Source: Planctomycetota bacterium
GTDB taxonomy: Bacteria; Planctomycetota; UBA11346
Direction: 5' to 3'
Length of the DNA: 64,000 nt
Assembly (NCBI GenBank): GCA_028280785.1
Contig: JANQLF010000122.1
Span: 23,627-87,626 of the forward strand
Shown in pieces: positions 58,085-64,000 of this stretch. The notes below the pieces were generated by a model that was not told the DNA's origin, did no database searches, and saw only the letters and a list, made by a program, of their open reading frames with translations. Position numbers and translations under genes: made by a program. Every line of letters starts with the position of its first letter. Within the stretch, counting starts at the first letter, position 1.

Positions 58085-60490
58085 ATGATGAAGCGTCAAT
58101 TGACCATGGTAGCCACCATGACAGCAATGTTGTGTTGGCCTGCTTTACAAGCAGAAGAAGCTCAACCTAAACCAAAGACAGCAGCGGAGTTGCTTGAAGA
58201 AGTTGGCAACGAAGCGGACCTCGATACCTCAGCACGTTATGCCCAAGCCGATGCAGCCTATGTGCAAGCTAAGGCCTATTACGATGCAACGCGTTTCCAA
58301 GAAGCGAAAAAAGAAATCGACCGTGCTATTCGTTTATTTCCAGAGCACAAATTAGCGCAGCAATTGCGTAATAATATTTATTCGGTTTTAGGTAAGCGCG
58401 GTAACGCTTTACAGCAATTGGCGACCTACGCTAACATGCAACAAAATGTTGCGCTCCAAGAGCAAGCAGTGCGCATGATTCGCATGCTCAACGAAGGCGA
58501 TGAATTTTTTGCTGCTGGTGATTATGCCAATGCCTTTGACCGTTACGATCGTGTATCGATTCAAATGCGTACGTTTACCTATCGTTTTGACTGGGGTGAA
58601 TTACCAAAAGAAGTTGAACGTAAATTACGCATGGCCGAAGCTAAAATTCGTGAAGAAGATTTGGATCGTACCAATCAAGCACGTGCGAAAGCGTTAGCCT
58701 TACAAAAAGAAAAGACCCAAATGCAAGAGCAGGCTCTTGCACAAAAAGTTAATCAAATTTTATACCGTGCTGCACAAGCCTATAATCGTCACGATTTTTC
58801 TCGTGCGCAAACCTTAGCATGGGATGCCTATGAAATGGATCGCCGCCGCGAAGATGCGCGTAGCATGTACTTACGTGCGCGTCGTGCCGGTCACGTTCAA
58901 TTCGAAGATTATATTCGTGAAGAGCGCGCTGAGCGTTTAGCACGTGTGAATGAAGAAATGCATCAGACTTTAATTCCACAAGTCGATGTGTTGCTGTATC
59001 CTGAAGATTGGTTCAAGAAATCATTGCGTAAGCCAACAGAGTTGGGCGACGATACCGAAGAGCCATGGGTACAGGTTTTACGCGACCGCTTAGATGAAGT
59101 GGTAACGGTTAACTTTGAAGACACACCACTTGAAGATGCGATTGCCTTTTTGCGTAATCAGACCGGTGTGAACTTCATTATTGCTAACGAAATTTTTGAA
59201 AGCGATCCTCCACCAATCACGCTGCGCGCTACCAACATGAAGCTGCGCACAGCACTGAAGTGGATTTTAGAAGTTACTGATTTGAAAATGGCTATTCGTG
59301 ATGAAGCAATTTTCATTTCAACTGAAGATGTACGTGGCGATATTTTACTGCGCATGTACGACATCAGTGACTTAACTTCTCCAGTTCGTGACTTCCCAGG
59401 TCTTGAGCTTGCTTACAACGCTGCTGGTACTTCTGGCGGTGGTGCAAGTTTATTCGCTGATGCTGGCTTTGATGATGATGAAGGCGGTATCGACCCTGAA
59501 GAAATTGCTGACTTTATTCAAGAAAGTGTGGCGATTGATTCTTGGGATGAAGACGGTGTTGGTATCACAACCCGCGCTGGTGGTACGCTCTTTGTGAGCC
59601 AAACCAGTGAAGTTCATGATTTAATTGGTCAATTATTGGTGAGCTTGCGTAACCAGCAAAGCTTGCAGGTGCATTTACAAATTCGTTTACTTGATGTGAC
59701 CAAAGGCTTCTTCGAAGAAATTGGTGTTGATTGGACGATTGCGAATGACAACCGCAGCGCTGAGTTCCTTGGCTCATCTGATAACAACTTGCCACCACGT
59801 CGAACCACCAACGGTTTCGATCCACAGTTAACTGGTTTATTTTATACACATGACTTGAACTACGATGGCTCGTTTGACTTACCACAGGTTAATGCGCTGT
59901 TAATTGCTGCTGAGTCTGAAAACGATTCACAAATCTTAGAAGCGCCAGAAATCACCTGCTTTAATGGTCAACGTGCAAACGCGACCTTTGTTAACCAATT
60001 CGCCTATATCTTTGACTATGACGTGCAAACTGGTTCTGGTGGTAACGGTACACTCGACCCACAAATTCGAATCTTGAATTTTGGTACGCTACTCGACGTA
60101 CGCCCAGTTGTGTCTTCTGACCGTAAATACATCACCATGGAAGTTCGCCCATCATCAGCGATTTTATTACGTACCGATATCGCTCAGTTGGTTGCATTAA
60201 CCACCGTTGCGAACTTTGGTGTGTCGCTGTTCTTACCAATCGAATTGCCAGTTATCGAAATTCGTACCATGCGTTCGACCGTGATGTTGCCTGATAAAGG
60301 TACCTTGGCGATCGGTGGCTTTACCAATGCGGTACGTCAACGTTCACACGCCGGTATTCCATTCTTGGCACACATTCCGTTCTTAGGCCGTCTCTTCGGT
60401 CGTAACGGTGTCTACGATGATAACCGTCGTCTCTACTACTTGCTGACTGCTGAGATCATTGACCTCGCAGAACGCGAGTCGCTGAACTAA
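58085..60490 (+). CDS. secretin (PilQ/GspD family) with N-terminal signal peptide, TPR/coiled-coil region and STN-like domain
   Basis: 801 aa; STN-like VNFEDTPLEDAIAFLRNQTGVNFII; C-terminal secretin block IRTMRSTVMLPDKGTLAIGG...GIPFLAHIPFLGRLFG. Confidence 0.7.
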   Translation: MMKRQLTMVATMTAMLCWPALQAEEAQPKPKTAAELLEEVGNEADLDTSARYAQADAAYVQAKAYYDATRFQEAKKEIDRAIRLFPEHKLAQQLRNNIYSVLGKRGNALQQLATYANMQQNVALQEQAVRMIRMLNEGDEFFAAGDYANAFDRYDRVSIQMRTFTYRFDWGELPKEVERKLRMAEAKIREEDLDRTNQARAKALALQKEKTQMQEQALAQKVNQILYRAAQAYNRHDFSRAQTLAWDAYEMDRRREDARSMYLRARRAGHVQFEDYIREERAERLARVNEEMHQTLIPQVDVLLYPEDWFKKSLRKPTELGDDTEEPWVQVLRDRLDEVVTVNFEDTPLEDAIAFLRNQTGVNFIIANEIFESDPPPITLRATNMKLRTALKWILEVTDLKMAIRDEAIFISTEDVRGDILLRMYDISDLTSPVRDFPGLELAYNAAGTSGGGASLFADAGFDDDEGGIDPEEIADFIQESVAIDSWDEDGVGITTRAGGTLFVSQTSEVHDLIGQLLVSLRNQQSLQVHLQIRLLDVTKGFFEEIGVDWTIANDNRSAEFLGSSDNNLPPRRTTNGFDPQLTGLFYTHDLNYDGSFDLPQVNALLIAAESENDSQILEAPEITCFNGQRANATFVNQFAYIFDYDVQTGSGGNGTLDPQIRILNFGTLLDVRPVVSSDRKYITMEVRPSSAILLRTDIAQLVALTTVANFGVSLFLPIELPVIEIRTMRSTVMLPDKGTLAIGGFTNAVRQRSHAGIPFLAHIPFLGRLFGRNGVYDDNRRLYYLLTAEIIDLAERESLN

Positions 60491-60514
60491 TAGACTGTAA
60501 AAGGTTTTCGTTTA

Positions 60515-62929
60515 GTGAAGCTAATGAGCACCGCTGTTTTAATTAACAAGGGCCTGACTCTCTGTCAGGTCCTTTTGCTCATGGCATTTATTTCGTTGCA
60601 GGCAGAAGAAATAAAAACAACGCCAACAAAAACTGATGGCAACGTTGATGCCGAAATCATGGCGCTGCTACATGAGGCAAAGAAGCTCGAAGAAGCTGGT
60701 CGTTTTGCTGATGCACGTCAAAAATACTCGCAAGTTTTAAAAATCACTCCAGGTGATTATGATATCCGTCGCAAAATTGTGGAAGTTGGATTGGAGCGTC
60801 CTGACGCAGGATTTAGTTATTTTGTCGAACACCAATTAATGGCTGTTGAAGCGCAGACGCACATGTTACGTGCCGAACAGTTTTATAAAAAAGGGCAAAT
60901 ACAATTAGCACTTGATGAATTAGATTATGCAGAGGCTTTGCATAATCGAACCAAGCAAGCCTTGACGAATACCGATGTTTCACGTTTGCATGAATTGCGC
61001 GTCTTATTATTTCGTGCGCGCAAAGACAATGAGTTAGCGGAGCGTGAAAAACAACGCCTTGAAAATCAGCGTCGCATGGTTGCGGTGGTGCAGGATAATG
61101 AAGTGCGCGAACGTAATATTTTTGAACAACGTTTGGCGCGTATTTCAGATTTAGTTAAAAAAGCCTTATACGAGCGTGCTCTGGTATTAAGCCGTAATTT
61201 AGTTCGCGATTATCCAGCAAATCCAGCAGCTGACACTATGTTCATGCATGTTGTCGATTTAGCGCACAAGCAACGTCAGCTGAGTTTCGATGAAAGCATG
61301 GAGAATCTCAAGCGTGAAATTCGCCATCAGATGCATGAAGGTTTGATTCCTAAAGCTTGGGATGGCATGCCGATTTACCCAGAAGATTGGAATACGCGTA
61401 TTAACACGCGTGAAGTGTCTTACTATGAAATCGATATACCTGATTGGAAAGTAGCACTGCAAAATAAAATGGCTGAGCGCACCTCGGTGAATTTCGAAGA
61501 TCAAGATATTGGTGATGCACTCGATTTTTTAAGTACACGTCTAGGCGTTAATATTGTTGTTGATCCCGATGTCCGTGCATCTGGAACGGTCGTCAATATT
61601 CAAGCGCGTAATATGACCATCGGTAATATTTTATCGTGGCTAGCACAGCAAGCAGATAGCCAGTGGGAATATTATAACGAAGCGATTTATTTCGGACCAC
61701 CGCAAGAACAAGAGCCGGTTACTCGTATTTACGATGTTGGTCAGTTAGTTTATGCTGCCCCTGATTTCCCAGGAGTCGAACTGGTACTTGGCAGCGGACA
61801 ATCAGGCGCGAGTGGTGGTGCCGGTTTATTCAGTGAAGATGATGGTTTCGATACCGATGGCGGCATCGCTCCTGAAGATTTAATCGATTTATTGCAAGAA
61901 ACAGTTAACCCAATTGGTTGGGAAGATCACGATGACTGGGGCATTCGCGTTCGTGGTTCTACATTGATGATCACTGCTAATGCTGATACCCATTTATTGA
62001 TTCGCGAATTTATTCATGGCATGCGCGATGCGAATGATTTATTAGTTAATATTAGTGCTCGTTGGGTAACCATCAGCGATATCTTTGTTGAAGAAATTGG
62101 TTTAAACTTTTTAAACGAAGGTCGTTTAGACAATGTAGTTAACGAAGCCATTCATCCGAGTCGTCCACGTGACCCTGATGATGACGTCGATTTTGGCATT
62201 AATGTTGAGCATGTGCTGCCAGGTTCAGCTGTCTCGACTGCGCAAACAATCTTGGATCGTGGTTTGCGCTTGGACTTCGCGGTCATCGACGCCATTCAAA
62301 TGGTTGCAGTCTTTGAAGCCTTCCAGATCAAAGAAAAGGGTCGCGTCCTCGAAGAGGTCTCACTGACCGTTCATAACGCGGCTCGCGCTAATGCCTTTAT
62401 GGCCCGCAGCATCGCCTACATCCGTGACTATGATGTGGAATCAGGTGCTGTTGGTGGTGGTAATGGTCAGATCAGCCGCCTCGATCCACAAATTGGCATC
62501 CTCAACGTTGGTGCCGCTCTTGATATCAAACCATTTGTGAGCTCAGACCGCAAATACGTGAGCTTGGACCTGCGTCCGAGCTTCACCACGGTTGAGTTCG
62601 ACATTGCCGTTATTGTTGCCATTCAGCAGTTCAATGCTGGTGCTCTGGGGCGTCCGCCTTCAGAGATGGCCTTCCCCATCGAACTGCCGATTGTACGCAG
62701 TAAACAGGTCCGCACGCGTGTCATGATCCCCGATCGAGGCACGATTTTGGCTGGTGGATTCGGTGAGCACATCGAGCAAAATTCCTATGCGCAAATACCG
62801 GTACTTGGTAATCTGCCGTTCATAGGTCGTTTGTTTGGTCGCAGGGCTATACGTGAATCACGTCAATCCCTGTATCTGATGGTGACTCCTAAGATTATCA
62901 TGTTCTCGGAATTGGAGACGTTACAGTGA
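60515..62929 (+). CDS. secretin paralog (PilQ/GspD family)
   Basis: 804 aa; same architecture: VNFEDQDIGDALDFLSTRLGVNIVV; C-terminal VMIPDRGTILAGG...QIPVLGNLPFIGRLFG. Confidence 0.7.
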   Translation: MKLMSTAVLINKGLTLCQVLLLMAFISLQAEEIKTTPTKTDGNVDAEIMALLHEAKKLEEAGRFADARQKYSQVLKITPGDYDIRRKIVEVGLERPDAGFSYFVEHQLMAVEAQTHMLRAEQFYKKGQIQLALDELDYAEALHNRTKQALTNTDVSRLHELRVLLFRARKDNELAEREKQRLENQRRMVAVVQDNEVRERNIFEQRLARISDLVKKALYERALVLSRNLVRDYPANPAADTMFMHVVDLAHKQRQLSFDESMENLKREIRHQMHEGLIPKAWDGMPIYPEDWNTRINTREVSYYEIDIPDWKVALQNKMAERTSVNFEDQDIGDALDFLSTRLGVNIVVDPDVRASGTVVNIQARNMTIGNILSWLAQQADSQWEYYNEAIYFGPPQEQEPVTRIYDVGQLVYAAPDFPGVELVLGSGQSGASGGAGLFSEDDGFDTDGGIAPEDLIDLLQETVNPIGWEDHDDWGIRVRGSTLMITANADTHLLIREFIHGMRDANDLLVNISARWVTISDIFVEEIGLNFLNEGRLDNVVNEAIHPSRPRDPDDDVDFGINVEHVLPGSAVSTAQTILDRGLRLDFAVIDAIQMVAVFEAFQIKEKGRVLEEVSLTVHNAARANAFMARSIAYIRDYDVESGAVGGGNGQISRLDPQIGILNVGAALDIKPFVSSDRKYVSLDLRPSFTTVEFDIAVIVAIQQFNAGALGRPPSEMAFPIELPIVRSKQVRTRVMIPDRGTILAGGFGEHIEQNSYAQIPVLGNLPFIGRLFGRRAIRESRQSLYLMVTPKIIMFSELETLQ

Positions 62930-64000
62930 ATACACATAACATAAGTTGGAAACAGCGCTTACTGCACTTGGTCCCAAGTGTAGCTTTGCTTGTTTCATGT
63001 CAGACCTTTGCGATGGCTGAGGATGCGGCGACCGAGCCAGCAACCGATGATACCGTCAAAACGACTGAAGATGACCCGAAGCCAACCCCTGCACCAGTGG
63101 TTACGGCAGATGATCGTCTGAAGGAACTGGCAGCTGCTCTTGAGCGAGCCAAAGACGGCAACTCAGCGGTGGCCAAATTTAACTACGACCAAGGCCTCAA
63201 AGCTTACGCCGAGAACCGCCTCGATGATGCCATCAATCATCTGCGTGTTGCTGTTGACGCAGAGCCGAATAACGATGGCTACCGCAAGAAGCTGCGTGAA
63301 GTTGCTGCTGCTGCTGGCGCCATTGGCGATCCACGTGATGTGATGGCCGATAACATCGCTGATACCTTATCAGTTGAGCATCAACGTCTCTTAATCGAAA
63401 TCGAACAACGCATCGAAGAGGGTAAGACCCACTTGATGCGTGAAGAATACAGCCAGGCGAAGAAGAGCTTCAACATGGCAAAGGTACGTTTGCAAAACTT
63501 ACCGATTGCTAATCTGAATCGTGAACCACGTCTGCGTGAAGTAGAAGCTTTAATCGAAGAAACTGACAAGCGTAGCCATGCAGCGGATCTTGCTGATGCG
63601 AGCGAAGCAAATGCACAGGCACAACAACGTCAGCAAGAATTACGCGATTATAATTTACGCCTCGAGAAAAACCGTATCGATGCGATGTTAGCACGCGCAC
63701 AAAAAGCGCGTGCCCGTCGTAATTACGATGAAGCCATTTTATACTGCCAAAATGTATTAAAAATTAATCCATCTGAAGCACGTGCTCATGACATGTTAGT
63801 TCGCGCTCGCCGTGAACGTCACGTTTACTTACGTCAAATCACCGCTGACTTGTGGGATGAAGAGCATCTTCGTCTTTCTGAGCAAATTCAGGAGGATATG
63901 CTCCCCCAGCTGGAACTAGTCCAGTACAGCGATGAATGGCATGAAATTGATGCACGACGTTCTGCACCTTCACGTACTGGGCTTGATGATACCGAAGCAG
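62926..64000 (+). CDS. secreted TPR/coiled-coil protein (5' part only; possible third paralog of the secretin N-terminal region)
   Basis: GTG start overlapping the upstream stop (GTGA); signal peptide LLHLVPSVALLVSCQTFA; reading frame open to window end; TPR-like YDEAILYCQNVLKINPSEA. Confidence 0.45.
   Translation, partial: MNTHNISWKQRLLHLVPSVALLVSCQTFAMAEDAATEPATDDTVKTTEDDPKPTPAPVVTADDRLKELAAALERAKDGNSAVAKFNYDQGLKAYAENRLDDAINHLRVAVDAEPNNDGYRKKLREVAAAAGAIGDPRDVMADNIADTLSVEHQRLLIEIEQRIEEGKTHLMREEYSQAKKSFNMAKVRLQNLPIANLNREPRLREVEALIEETDKRSHAADLADASEANAQAQQRQQELRDYNLRLEKNRIDAMLARAQKARARRNYDEAILYCQNVLKINPSEARAHDMLVRARRERHVYLRQITADLWDEEHLRLSEQIQEDMLPQLELVQYSDEWHEIDARRSAPSRTGLDDTEA

Noticed and set aside
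1-64000. CRISPR arrays, rRNA genes, IS transposase genes
   Set aside because: No regularly spaced direct repeats, no rRNA-like segments and no transposase-like ORFs detected in this window.

Overview
This 64 kb window comes from a moderately AT-rich Gram-negative chromosome. Its gene content is a cytoplasmic-looking sulfatase, a Hanks-type Ser/Thr kinase with a TPR ectodomain, FHA-sigma54 and AraC regulators, fused SecDF, a fused PilM-PilN and tandem secretins. That content loosely suggests a PVC-type or Lentisphaera-like lineage, which is only an inference. Core genes are kptA (Tpt1), topA, a sulfatase, hisS, mutL, an ABC-F ATPase, yajC, secDF, htpG and a type IV pilus/T2SS-like block with two or three tandem secretin paralogs. 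An 18.1 kb integrated island sits at tRNA-Gly(GCC), bounded by a 48 bp direct repeat at 12075-12122 and 30178-30225. It carries two tyrosine integrases, a P4/PICI-like DUF927 replication module and defence-type cargo. The cargo comprises a C39-like peptidase plus TIR-zinc-ribbon gene pair, a single-gene PHP phosphoesterase fused to an SMC-like ATPase that resembles the Ppl system (Gao et al. 2020), a membrane-anchored LRAT/NlpC-P60-like protein divergent from an HTH-TM regulator, and a 1676 aa Type ISP restriction-modification enzyme. The most unusual signal lies outside the island. A GC-rich REP/BIME-like repeat family is present as one full 297 bp copy and three shorter copies of 103, 111 and 124 bp. 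In all three short-copy cases it separates the stop codon of a housekeeping gene (mutL, the ABC-F ATPase, hisS) from an orphan second copy of that gene's last 13-27 codons. For mutL and the ABC-F gene this second copy differs only by synonymous changes, including six-fold codon-family switches. That is the signature of repeated site-specific integration into gene 3' ends with element-borne replacement ends, later reduced to about 110 bp scars, or of an undescribed gene-end-targeting mobile module.
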